From the NCBI RefSeq assembly GCF_036323395.1, contig NZ_AP028907.1, positions 90,001 to 122,000 of the forward strand: a DNA stretch of 32,000 nucleotides, read 5' to 3'. The position numbers and the translations under genes were made by a program. This DNA is from Pyrodictium abyssi. Its GTDB lineage: Archaea > Thermoproteota > Thermoprotei_A > Sulfolobales > Pyrodictiaceae. This document shows, one piece after another, positions 10,072 to 19,262 of this stretch; position 1 is the first letter of the stretch, and every line of letters starts with the position of its first letter. Under the pieces are notes generated by a model. That model was not told where the DNA came from. It searched no databases and was given only the letters and a program-made list of their open reading frames with translations.

Positions 10072-10782
10072 ATGGCTGCCCAGAGCTTCTCGGAGATAGT
10101 ACGTAGGCTTGTTGACGCTGACCCGTGTGTACAGGAGTGCCTAGCCCGGGGGATAGCTAACTACTCCGAGCTAGCCCGCAGGATAAAGCCAGTAGCCGAG
10201 AAGGAGGCCGGGCGCAGCGCCAGCCTTGAGGCCATAAAGGCCGCCCTGGTACGCTACGCGTCGAGGCTACGCGAGCGGGGTACGCAGACGCCCCAGAGGA
10301 AGCTACTAGAGGTGCTCGCAAAGAGCGCCCTAGAGCTGCGTACGGGGGTCACAGTAGCCACGGTCAAGCTCCACGCACTGCCCCAGCTCGCCGAGGCCGC
10401 CGCAGAGCTGGCTGGGCGAACCCGGCTACTATTCCTCATGCAGAGTATCTCCAGCGTAACCATAACCGTCAGCAGCGAGTACTTCGGCTACATAGAGCGC
10501 CGTGTAGGCCGCGAGAACTTCATAGAAATATACCCAGACCAGGCGGTACTCGTGATAGTCAGCCCACCCTCCGTGGTAGAGACCCAGGGCTTCGTAGCAC
10601 ACATAACCAGCATACTGGCCAGGAACGGTATCAACATAAACCAGATAGAGTCAGTGTACACTGATACCATACTCGTGCTCGGCCTAGACGACGCCCTCAA
10701 GGCCTTCCAGCTGCTACGAGAAGCGATAGAGGTCGCTAAGAGGAGCCTAGAGGAGGCACAGAGAAGGGAGGAGAAAGACTAG
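10072..10782 (+). CDS. ACT-domain protein, COG2150-like putative regulator of amino-acid metabolism (track ORF opens at GTG 10060)
   Basis: C-terminal ACT-like IVSPPSVVETQGFVAHITSILARNGININQIESVYTDTILVLGLDDALKAFQLL, helical N-terminal region. Confidence 0.75.
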   Translation: MAAQSFSEIVRRLVDADPCVQECLARGIANYSELARRIKPVAEKEAGRSASLEAIKAALVRYASRLRERGTQTPQRKLLEVLAKSALELRTGVTVATVKLHALPQLAEAAAELAGRTRLLFLMQSISSVTITVSSEYFGYIERRVGRENFIEIYPDQAVLVIVSPPSVVETQGFVAHITSILARNGININQIESVYTDTILVLGLDDALKAFQLLREAIEVAKRSLEEAQRREEKD

Positions 10783-10790
10783 ACCCGCGC

Positions 10791-11861
10791 CTAGAATACC
10801 TGTTCTACCAGCTTGTAGTAGAGCTCTGCTATCAGCACACCGGTGCCCGCCGCGCCTCGTAGCGTGTTATGGCCTAGCACCATGTACCTCAGCAGGGGCT
10901 CGCCCTCGAATGGCAGTGCAGCCCTGCCCACGACGACGCTCATGCCGCGGCCCGTCTTGCGGTCGAGGCGCGGCTGTGGCCGGTTGGGTTCGCGGCGCAC
11001 TACTACCGGCTTCTCCGGGGCTGTGGGGAGCTGTAGCTCCTGGGGCGTGCTCCTCCACGTGTCCCAGGTTTCGAGTACCTCCTCTATGCTACCGGGCGTC
11101 TTGGAGAGCCTGGCTACGACGCTCTCTAGGTGGCCGTCTAGGACGGGTACCCTAGTGGTGGTGGCTACTACGCGGAAGTCTGCGTACTTCACCTCGCCGT
11201 CCTCGAGCCTGCCGAGTATTTTGCGGCTCTCGCGTACAACCTTCTCCTCCTCGCCCTTTATGAAGGGCAGAATGTTGTCCGTAATAGCGTAGCCTGGTAC
11301 GCCGCTGAACCCTGCGCCGCTTATCGCCTGCATGCTGGTCATGTAGACCTCCTCTAGCCCGTACCGGTCCATTATCGGCTTGAGGCTTAGTGTCAGCACT
11401 GCTGTGGTGCAGTTGGGCACCTTCATTATTGCGCCTCTCCAGCCCCGGCGCTTGCGCTGCAGCTCTATGAGCCGTATGTGCTCCCAGTTAGCCTCGGGGT
11501 TCAATAGGGGCACGTCGGGCTCCATGCGGAACACGTTAGCGTTCGATACCACTATCTTGCCCATTCTCGCTAGCTCTAGCTCTATCTCGCCCGCTACTTC
11601 CTTGGGGAGCGCCACGAAGACTAGGTCTACGTCACGGAGAGCCTCCGCCTTAGTAGGCCTTATTTCGAGCCCGGCTGCCTCCTCGGGGAATGGCTCGTCT
11701 ATGTACCACTCGACCGTTTCCCCGTAGCGCTTGCCGACGCGTCTCTCGCTGGCAGTGACCGCTTCTAGCCGGAACCAGGGGTGCCTGGTGAGCAGGTGGA
11801 CGAACCTCTGCCCGACGAGGCCTGTGGCTCCGAGTACTGCTGCCTTCAGCTTGTCTGCCAC
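10791..11861 (-). CDS. asd: Aspartate-semialdehyde dehydrogenase
   Basis: 356 aa; KAAVLGATGLVGQRFVHLL, MKVPNCTTAVLTLSLKPI, SMQAISGAGFSG. Confidence 0.97.
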   Translation of the reverse strand: MADKLKAAVLGATGLVGQRFVHLLTRHPWFRLEAVTASERRVGKRYGETVEWYIDEPFPEEAAGLEIRPTKAEALRDVDLVFVALPKEVAGEIELELARMGKIVVSNANVFRMEPDVPLLNPEANWEHIRLIELQRKRRGWRGAIMKVPNCTTAVLTLSLKPIMDRYGLEEVYMTSMQAISGAGFSGVPGYAITDNILPFIKGEEEKVVRESRKILGRLEDGEVKYADFRVVATTTRVPVLDGHLESVVARLSKTPGSIEEVLETWDTWRSTPQELQLPTAPEKPVVVRREPNRPQPRLDRKTGRGMSVVVGRAALPFEGEPLLRYMVLGHNTLRGAAGTGVLIAELYYKLVEQVF

Positions 11862-13228
11862 TGCGAGACCACCTCCTCGTGGAGCTGCTCGGCTATAGTC
11901 CAGGCCTCGCTGGGCTCAACAAATGTTACGAGTATAGGGCTGCCCGGGGCCCAGAGTATACTCTTTACACCCCCGAGGCCGGCAGCCCGCTCTACTATCC
12001 TGCTCGAGATCCTGGGCTCGCGGAGCCCGTCGCCGACCACGCTGACCGCTGAGGCCTCCTCGACGTCTACGCGGGAGACTATGTGCTCTAGCTCCTCGGA
12101 GAGCGCTGCTGCGAGCTTCTCGGCGTAGCGGCGGCGGACTACCAGGCTTATCCGGGTCTCGGTGATAGGCTGCATTATAGCGAGTATGTTTATGCCTAGC
12201 TTCGCCGCCACGCCAGTAACCTTCGCCGCCGTGCCTATCCTGCCGACGAGGCCTCCACCGGTGACCGTGACTAGGGATACGTCGTCGTTCACTACTACGG
12301 CCTTTAGCGGGGGTCCGCCACCCCTGCTGTCTACGAGTGTAGCCTGGTTTGCGCCCGGCATGGTTATCCTTATCCTTGTCTCGGTGCCCATGACTGGCTC
12401 AAAGGTCTTCGGGTGCATCCTCTTCGCGCCCAGGAGTGCGAGCTCCATCGCCTCGGCGAAGCTGAGCCGCTCTATCACCTTGGCGTTCTTTATCTTGCGG
12501 GGGTCAGCAGTCATCACACCCGGCACGTCGGTGAAGAGTATGACCTCCTCTGCCTGTAGGAAGCGGCCGAGCAGTGTCGCAGTGTAGTCGCTGCCGCCAC
12601 GGCCTAGGAGAACCGTGCGGCCCTCCCGTGTCCCGGCGACAAAGCCGGTGACCACGGGCACAACATTACGCTCTATTAGTGGTGTCAGCTTCTTGCGGAC
12701 CATCTCCTCGGAGGCCGGGTAGTCTACAGTGGCCTCCCAGGGGTCGCCCTCGGCTATGATGCCTGCCTCGCGTCCCCCGAGCCACACGGCCTCTATGCCG
12801 TTACTCCGGAGCACTGCGGCCATGAGTGCTGCTGAGAGGCGCTCGCCGAACGAGACTATTGCCGCCCGCGCGTTGGGCGTGGCTTCGCCTATTACCTTGA
12901 CCGCCCAGACGAGCTTGAATAGCTCGTCGAAGAGCCTGCTGAGCTCGCCTAGCACGTTTGTTAGCTCCCGCTCGCTGTTCACGGCGCCGCGGGCAGCCGA
13001 GTAGTAGCGCTCCATTATCCTCCGGAGCCGGGGCTCCCAGCCACTAGGTCTCTCGACGATGTCTATCAGCTCGTCGGTCACACCCTTCATAGCGGAGACT
13101 ACTACTGCTACCCGGCGTCCTCTCTGACGGAGCTCCGCGACCTCCTGCGCCGCTGTTATGTAGCCGGAGGCGTCGCGGAGCAGCGAGCCACCGAACTTTG
13201 CTACAACCAGGCCCTCTATCGCCGCCAT
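11846..13228 (-). CDS. lysC: Aspartate kinase with C-terminal ACT domains
   Basis: 460 aa; VVAKFGGSLL, FGERLSAAL, GRGGSDYTATLLG; overlaps asd start by 16 nt. Confidence 0.96.
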   Translation of the reverse strand: MAAIEGLVVAKFGGSLLRDASGYITAAQEVAELRQRGRRVAVVVSAMKGVTDELIDIVERPSGWEPRLRRIMERYYSAARGAVNSERELTNVLGELSRLFDELFKLVWAVKVIGEATPNARAAIVSFGERLSAALMAAVLRSNGIEAVWLGGREAGIIAEGDPWEATVDYPASEEMVRKKLTPLIERNVVPVVTGFVAGTREGRTVLLGRGGSDYTATLLGRFLQAEEVILFTDVPGVMTADPRKIKNAKVIERLSFAEAMELALLGAKRMHPKTFEPVMGTETRIRITMPGANQATLVDSRGGGPPLKAVVVNDDVSLVTVTGGGLVGRIGTAAKVTGVAAKLGINILAIMQPITETRISLVVRRRYAEKLAAALSEELEHIVSRVDVEEASAVSVVGDGLREPRISSRIVERAAGLGGVKSILWAPGSPILVTFVEPSEAWTIAEQLHEEVVSQWQTS

Positions 13229-13229
13229 A

Positions 13230-14258
13230 CTATACCACCCCTAGCGAGTATGCCGACGAGACGAGGTCGCTGAGCAGGGCAGAAGCTGTAGCGGAGAGGC
13301 CCGCCCCAGGGCCTACTAGGGTGATTGGCTCGGCCTCAGCCGTCTCTATGAACACGGCGTTGTTTATCCCGTCGACCCGGTATAGAGGGTTCTCGGGGCC
13401 GACCTCGACGAGCTTCACTACCGCTCTCCCCGCACCGGGCTCGACTAGCGCGACGTACTTGAGTCTCCTCCCCCGGGCGGCAGCCTCCGCAGCGCGGCGG
13501 AAAGCATCTTCGTCGACCCGGTCCAGGCGCTCAACCTCGAAGACTGTCTTCGGCACACCTAGCGTACACGAGACTATGGCTGCTTTGGCTGCTAGGTCGA
13601 AGCCCTCTAGGTCGGCGCTCGGGTCGGGCTCAGCGTAGCCCTTGTTCTGCGCGTCGCGGACAGCCTCCTCGAAGCTCATACCCTGCTCGGCTAGCCCAAG
13701 GACGTAGTTAGTGGTGCCGTTCAGTATACCCTGTACCCGGGCCACCACGCGGCCAGCAAGACCCCAGCGTAGCACGTCTATGAGCGGGGTCCCCGCCATC
13801 ACCGTGGCCTTGTAGAATATGCGCCGGCCCCACGAGCCCCAGAGGAGCCGGCCACAGCTGGTCGCCAGCGGGGCCTTATCGGCCGCTACCACCGCGCCAC
13901 CAGAGGAGAGCACACGCTCGTACCAGGACAGAGCCTCGCCAGGGGAGTCATAGCGGCTAGGAGTCACATCCACGAGGACATCAATGCTAAACCTCTCTAT
14001 GGCCTCGCTGACGTTGCCCTGCACTCCGCCCTCGAGCCGCGAGACCCCGCCACGGGGTGCCGCGAGAGCCTTCTCGACAGTGTTCCAGGGCAGCCCCGTG
14101 GCCGAGCCCAGGAACCCCCTACTATCGGCTATGAATACGAGCTGGGGCTCGAAGCCATAGAGCTCCTGGAGCCGCCTACTCCGCTCCATGAGCATTCTGG
14201 TGAATGCTCTCCCGACGTTACCGAAGCCCGCAAGCCCTACGCGGAGTACACGCGTCAC
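13230..14258 (-). CDS. hom: Homoserine dehydrogenase
   Basis: 342 aa; VGLAGFGNVGRAF, VVAADKAPLA, GTPLIDVLR, LNGTTNYVL, DPSADLEGFDLAAKAAI. Confidence 0.96.
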   Translation of the reverse strand: MTRVLRVGLAGFGNVGRAFTRMLMERSRRLQELYGFEPQLVFIADSRGFLGSATGLPWNTVEKALAAPRGGVSRLEGGVQGNVSEAIERFSIDVLVDVTPSRYDSPGEALSWYERVLSSGGAVVAADKAPLATSCGRLLWGSWGRRIFYKATVMAGTPLIDVLRWGLAGRVVARVQGILNGTTNYVLGLAEQGMSFEEAVRDAQNKGYAEPDPSADLEGFDLAAKAAIVSCTLGVPKTVFEVERLDRVDEDAFRRAAEAAARGRRLKYVALVEPGAGRAVVKLVEVGPENPLYRVDGINNAVFIETAEAEPITLVGPGAGLSATASALLSDLVSSAYSLGVV

Positions 14259-14315
14259 TAGAAGCCCACCAAGGTGGGGCCAGGAGGGAGTGCTCCGGCT
14301 TAAGAACCGCCCGCC

Positions 14316-15059
14316 TCAGCCCTCTCGGCCGCGCGCTGCCTCGGCTACCAGCTGCTCCTCCTTGGCCGCTTCGCCCCGTCTAGCCTGTACACGCTGCAGG
14401 AGGCCACGGAGTATCCCCACAAACCTCATAGGGTCTATGGAGACTATGCCGAGCATCTCGGCGAACCTGCGGACACCCTCATCGTTCGTCACTAGTACTC
14501 CCTGGGTCTCCAGGGCCAGAAGCACAGCGTCGAGGTCTTCCACGCTGTCTAGGATACCGTGCCGTGTCGCCTCCCGGTACCGCTCGCGGAGCCCCCTTAT
14601 CAGGGCGCCCAGCTTCTCCCGCCGAGCCTCGCGGCTAGCCACCTCGCCGGGGTACATGCCGCCCGCCTCGAAGGCGCGGCGAACATGCTCCTCGGCTACG
14701 CGTAGCCCCCTCATCATCCTGTTACGCATCTCCTCGACGTAGACCCTCACGATGGAGGCTGGGAGGCTTAGCTCGTGGCGCGCCGGTGGCTTAATGGTTA
14801 TCCACGTAGCTAGCATCTCGAAGCCCTGCAGCGTGACGCCATTGGCTAGTAGGAAGCGGCGTGCCTCCTCGTAGACGCTTGGCGGCATGTATATCTCTAG
14901 CCCGTAGCGGAGCCGGGCCTCGGCGAGCATATCGGCTAGGACCCGTATAGCCTCGTCTAGGCTGCCCGCGCCTAGCACACCCCGTAGCCGCGGGTCTGTT
15001 ACAGCACTGGTGTCCAGTACGTATATCCTTAGGCGCCTTTGCAGCTTCTCCTCGGCCAT
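14316..15059 (-). CDS. PIN-like protein of the HARP (homolog of Aquifex RNase P) / 'RNA ligase partner' family
   Basis: 247 aa; RIYVLDTSAVTDPRLRG, DLDAVLLALETQGVLVTNDEGVRRFAEMLGI, with helical arm between. Confidence 0.85.
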   Translation of the reverse strand: MAEEKLQRRLRIYVLDTSAVTDPRLRGVLGAGSLDEAIRVLADMLAEARLRYGLEIYMPPSVYEEARRFLLANGVTLQGFEMLATWITIKPPARHELSLPASIVRVYVEEMRNRMMRGLRVAEEHVRRAFEAGGMYPGEVASREARREKLGALIRGLRERYREATRHGILDSVEDLDAVLLALETQGVLVTNDEGVRRFAEMLGIVSIDPMRFVGILRGLLQRVQARRGEAAKEEQLVAEAARGREG

Positions 15060-15250
15060 GGCTCACCACCGCTGCTGGCACCACCGGCCCCGGGCCGATA
15101 GGCCTTGGAGAGGCGTTGGCAGCAGCATCTAGCCCCTATACATGGTTGGAGCCAGCACCGATAACACTTGCTCCGCCTAGCCGCCGGGGCACCGGGGTAT
15201 TATAGCCGCCTAGCCCCGGGTCTACGACTCCGCGGAGGCACCGGGGAGCC

Positions 15251-15901
15251 TTGCTGGTCTCGAGGCTTGCCGCACTGCAGGGAGCCCTGGCGTTCACCTC
15301 TCTACTAGCCCTACTGGCGGTTGCTACAGCCCCCACCGGCCCCCTGCTGGCACGGGTGGCAGAGTTCCTCGTAGCGGCGTCGGTCGTGTCAGCGTTATCC
15401 ACGTGGATGATGGCGCGCAGCTTCTCGGAGGCTCTTTCCAGGGCGCTCTCAAAGGTCTCTAGCGTGCCGGTGAAGCAGCTAGGTCCCCGCGGCGCCACCG
15501 ACGCCGCCATAGTGGCCCAGAGCGTCGCGGGGCTCGAACAAGTGGCTAGCTTGTGGCCGGTGGCAGCAGCCGGGCTAGGCGCCGCGGGGATAGTTACCTC
15601 GATCCTCTCCTACTACATGGCTCGGCGGGGATGCCGGGCCCTCATAAGGCTTGCCGAGAGACTCGGGGCCGAGCCGCCCTGTAGGAGCCCGCCCGGGCTA
15701 AGCGTAGCCGCTGCCTCGTCGATAACGCTCATGGGGCTGGGGGCATCGGCGCTCCTCGTCGCGCCTAGCTACCACAGGGTGGCAGAGTGCATAGAGGCTA
15801 CAGGAGCGGCCATAGAGGAGCAGCTCCGTACAGCCCAGGCCGAGAGCAGGGAGCAGGAAGGCAATGGTGGACGCGATGACGCGGCAGAGGTGCAGCCTTA
15901 G
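15251..15901 (+). CDS. Hypothetical multi-pass membrane protein
   Basis: 216 aa; several hydrophobic segments (LAFTSLLALLAVATAPTG, ASLWPVAAAGLGAAGIVTSILSYY, SVAAASSITLMGLGASALLVA). Confidence 0.55.
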   Translation: MLVSRLAALQGALAFTSLLALLAVATAPTGPLLARVAEFLVAASVVSALSTWMMARSFSEALSRALSKVSSVPVKQLGPRGATDAAIVAQSVAGLEQVASLWPVAAAGLGAAGIVTSILSYYMARRGCRALIRLAERLGAEPPCRSPPGLSVAAASSITLMGLGASALLVAPSYHRVAECIEATGAAIEEQLRTAQAESREQEGNGGRDDAAEVQP

Positions 15902-16100
15902 GATAGCGGCACTCATCGTAGGCTACCTTGTCTACCTCCTGCTCCTGTTTAGCCCCCGGACGAGCGAGTACGTGGTAAAAGCCTCGCTTGCGTTCCTCTT
16001 CGGCGCACTAGCCTACATGGCTGCGATGTACCTGCGAGCCTCGTGTAGCAGGCCCAGCGTAGGCTCCACGGAGAGGCTTACATGCACACCCGTGGGCTAG
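15864..16100 (+). CDS. Hypothetical small membrane protein (about 2 TM), overlapping the previous ORF
   Basis: 78 aa; LRIAALIVGYLVYLLLLFSPRTSEYVVKASLAFLFGALAYMAAMYLRA. Confidence 0.45.
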   Translation: MVDAMTRQRCSLRIAALIVGYLVYLLLLFSPRTSEYVVKASLAFLFGALAYMAAMYLRASCSRPSVGSTERLTCTPVG

Positions 16101-16154
16101 CCCCAGGGGCCCCTCTCTACCCGTAGGTCCCTGGCACCTGTGGCGAGCCCCGGG

Positions 16155-17327
16155 CTAGTCTATGGGTGTTAACCCGGTCTCGAGCATCTTGCGTACCTGT
16201 ATCCACGTCTCCTTCATCTTGCGCATCCTAGCCCGGAGGAAGCCGTTCTCCTCACGCGCCTCGACGAGCACTATGTCGACGCCGAGACCCTGCATGTAGT
16301 CTATGAACTCCTCTAGCTCGTCGCGGCCCGCGAACTCTAGCTCAAACTCCTCGTACACCATGTCTCCGGCTGCTACCTTCTTTACAGTCTCCACAGCAGG
16401 CTGTAGCGCTGCCCGGCCAAGCTCCAGCGCCACTGCGTCCAGCTTCGGGCCGCTTAGGCCCTCCTCGTACGCCCGGAATATCTCTCGGAGTAGCCTCGAG
16501 AAGAGGAAGCCACGGCCCTCCTCCATGAAGAACCTCATCCCGTACCTTATGTCGCCGATGTTAGTTGCCGGTGTAGTGTACTTGAGTGGCGGCACCCTGT
16601 ACTCCGGGTCCTTCACCACTACGCCCTCGCGGCCCTCCATGTTGAGCCTCTCTATTATCTTCTTGAAGCCCTCGATGTCGTTCTTGTCTAGCACGCCTAG
16701 CACCGGCACGTGCGGGACGGAATGCTTCTCGGTAATCTCGTCGCGGCGGCTGGGCGGTAGGGGCTTGTCCCCGCGGAACACGTCGAAGACGAAGTAGCCG
16801 AAGCGGGGCGCTTCTGGGTAGAAGTAGCGTGTGTAGGGGTTCTCGAGGCCTATTACCTCTCCCGCTACTACGTGGTCCTCTGGGCCGAGCTCGCGGAGCA
16901 TAGCCTTCAGCTTGTCGCCGAGCACGCGCTCTAGCCTAGACGTCGTGTAGGGGCATATGAAGCCTCCGCGTGTGACAGCCACTATTCTATCGTCTATGAG
17001 GGCTACGCGCACGTTGTAGCCGTTAAGCTTCTCCTCGACCACTATCTTGTCCACGAAGTGGCGTGGGAGCGCCACGCTCGGGAGGACCATCCTCTGTATG
17101 GACGGGTAGCCGGGGATTAGCCTCCACCATCCCCGGCCGAAGACTATCGTGGTGCCCTCCGGGTAGCCAGCTACCTCGCGGCGTAGTGAGGCGTAGAGGA
17201 GCCCGCGGAACACCCGGTACCTTATCGTGCGGTGCCGCGCGAGGTGCTCCACGCGCTCCCTCGCTATGCCGAGAGCGTCGGCGACTACGTCTATCATCCA
17301 GGACTCTGGGCGGTGAATCCAGCTCAA
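16155..17327 (-). CDS. ATP-dependent RNA ligase, Pab1020/Rnl3 family
   Basis: 390 aa; nucleotidyltransferase motif I VEEKLNGYNVR, GEVIGLENPYTRYF, REGVVVKDP, PPLKYTT. Confidence 0.93.
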   Translation of the reverse strand: MSWIHRPESWMIDVVADALGIARERVEHLARHRTIRYRVFRGLLYASLRREVAGYPEGTTIVFGRGWWRLIPGYPSIQRMVLPSVALPRHFVDKIVVEEKLNGYNVRVALIDDRIVAVTRGGFICPYTTSRLERVLGDKLKAMLRELGPEDHVVAGEVIGLENPYTRYFYPEAPRFGYFVFDVFRGDKPLPPSRRDEITEKHSVPHVPVLGVLDKNDIEGFKKIIERLNMEGREGVVVKDPEYRVPPLKYTTPATNIGDIRYGMRFFMEEGRGFLFSRLLREIFRAYEEGLSGPKLDAVALELGRAALQPAVETVKKVAAGDMVYEEFELEFAGRDELEEFIDYMQGLGVDIVLVEAREENGFLRARMRKMKETWIQVRKMLETGLTPID

Positions 17328-17465
17328 TACATGGCCACCCTACACCGTAGAGGAGCGGAGCTGAGAGAGCCGGGGACAAAACGACGCATAGACATCCGGT
17401 GATGTCCTGCGCACTCACCGGTATGGCGTGTAGGCCTCAAAAACCATGCCTTGCAGCGCCGGCGT

Positions 17466-17762
17466 TCACTCTTCCTTCTCTATCACGGCTGCTGTGCCGT
17501 AGGCTAGTAGGAGCACCCATTCGCCGCCTACGCCTACTACCCTCCTCGTCTCTATACGGAGGCCGAGCACCGCGTTGGCGCCCCTCTTCTTTGCCTCGTG
17601 CTTCACGCGCTCCATTATCGCGTCTAGCTCGGCCTCGAGGCCCGCTACTGTTAGGCTTATGGGCCTGGAGGCGTATACTATTCCCTTCAGCTCGCGTACC
17701 CTATAGCCTCCAGGCCTGTCGATGCTAAGTAGTACTACATCCTCTGGCATGCAGCAACACAC
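17466..17762 (-). CDS. YbjQ/UPF0145 family (DUF74) protein
   Basis: 98 aa; GIVYASRPISLT...MERVKHEAKKRGANAVLGLRIETRRV...LLAYGTAAVI. Confidence 0.8.
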   Translation of the reverse strand: MCCCMPEDVVLLSIDRPGGYRVRELKGIVYASRPISLTVAGLEAELDAIMERVKHEAKKRGANAVLGLRIETRRVVGVGGEWVLLLAYGTAAVIEKEE

Positions 17763-17936
17763 CCCTACTAGGATACTATAGCCTATGGGTGGGCTAAATC
17801 CTCATGGTTAACTACTAGGGATAACAGTTATGCGGAGATATGACAACTGTCCTCGGTACCGTGTCCTGGAGAGCCCCCGCACAGAGCCCAGCACTGAGGG
17901 CTGCACCCCGTGGAGTAAAAGGCAGAGGCTCTGACG

Positions 17937-19139
17937 CTACTCTCCGAGCCTCTGGAGGAGCCTAGTAGTCAGCATTGCGACCCTAACCTTGCCGGTGCCG
18001 CGTGCCAGTAGTAGGCCGTGCTGGAGCACCGTGTAGCACTTTATACACGGCGTGACCACCTCGCTTACGCCTTGCCTCATTATCCTCTCAGCTCTCCAGC
18101 GGTAGACACGGCTACGCGTCTCGACGAAGGGCTTCTCGCGGAGATAGTTGACGCCTCCTCCGCCGCCACAACAGAACGTGAGAGGCGGCCTATCCTTCAT
18201 CAGCCTAGAGCCGGACAGCCTCGTGACCACTGGGCAGGCATAGCGGTAGCCGAAGCGGCAGAACCCGCAGCTCGTGAAGAGCACAGAACCCGTATCCCCG
18301 CTAATGCTCTCCAGTAGGCGGCGTGGTGCACGCCGATCCACAATGGTGAACACGTTTACGAACTCCACGCCGCCTAGCCTAGTGAGCCCGTACTTCTCGG
18401 CCATGTGGACAAGCTTCACGTCGGCGCCGCACGCCGAGGTTATCACGGTTTTTGCACCAAGCCTCTTAGCCTCCTCGACTACCCTCTCGAGCATAGCGGC
18501 GCCTATATCCGGTCTCGCCGCGTCAACCGCAACATTGCCGCCCAGGTCCAGGGCTGCGGGCGAGACGGTGACCTCGACGCCTATACTACGGAGTAGCTGG
18601 AGTGTCTCACTGAGCCTATCCGGGTACAGTGTCGTCTCAAACGGAGATGGCACGTATAGTGCTTCGCCCGGCGCGCCTGGCTCCACGCCAGCCTTGCGAG
18701 CTGTCTCCTCGAGGACCCAGCGCGGCTCTCTCGGGTCCAATGTGAAGCTGTGGCCAGAGCGTGCGCCGTTCACCGCCACCTGCTCTAGGCTCTTGGGCGC
18801 CTTGCCCTCTAGGCTCAACTTCATTTTGGCTGCGTGTACTAGCCTCCACACCTCTATACCGTAGGGGCACAGAGCTGTACACGCGCCACACATACTGCAC
18901 GTATAGAGGGTGTACATGTCGTCCTCCGTGACCCTGTCGTTGAGCAGCACCTTTGCTGCCGCTTTTAGGCGGCGTGGCGGTGATAGCTGGGGATCCCGCG
19001 TAGCGCGGTACGAGACACAGCCTGCGAGGCATATTAGGCACTGGCTACAGGCTGCTAGCGCTTCACGTGCTATCTCCTCGGCCTCCGCTATCATGTCTTT
19101 TACGCCGCTGCGCTCGACCCTCATCATCTTTAACTCCAT
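17937..19139 (-). CDS. HdrD/DsrK-like iron-sulfur protein with CCG domain (track ORF extends to 19208; MELKMM start at 19139 more likely)
   Basis: ACSQCLICLAGC and YTCSMCGACTALCPYG Fe-S motifs; C-terminal CCG domain CGFCRFGYRYAC...FCCGGGGGVNY...CIKC. Confidence 0.85.
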   Translation of the reverse strand: MELKMMRVERSGVKDMIAEAEEIAREALAACSQCLICLAGCVSYRATRDPQLSPPRRLKAAAKVLLNDRVTEDDMYTLYTCSMCGACTALCPYGIEVWRLVHAAKMKLSLEGKAPKSLEQVAVNGARSGHSFTLDPREPRWVLEETARKAGVEPGAPGEALYVPSPFETTLYPDRLSETLQLLRSIGVEVTVSPAALDLGGNVAVDAARPDIGAAMLERVVEEAKRLGAKTVITSACGADVKLVHMAEKYGLTRLGGVEFVNVFTIVDRRAPRRLLESISGDTGSVLFTSCGFCRFGYRYACPVVTRLSGSRLMKDRPPLTFCCGGGGGVNYLREKPFVETRSRVYRWRAERIMRQGVSEVVTPCIKCYTVLQHGLLLARGTGKVRVAMLTTRLLQRLGE

Positions 19140-19262
19140 GTTAATAGCCCCTATGCAGAATTCAGAGCTAAAAAGCCAATCTATAGGGTGTATATCGCAA
19201 GTTTCCAAACTAACACCTATAAAGCTGTTAATAGTTTCGCTGGGCGCGGGGGACCAAAACCG

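Noticed and set aside
11380-13638. Plus-strand ORFs 11380..11727, 11781..12128, 12162..12587, 12729..13004 and 13198..13638
   Set aside because: Antisense to asd/lysC/hom, which are unambiguous enzymes; sequences are low-complexity Ser/Thr/Ala-rich antisense reads.
16303-16797. 164-aa plus-strand ORF MNSSSSSRPANSSSNSS...
   Set aside because: Ser-rich antisense of the RNA ligase gene, no independent signal.
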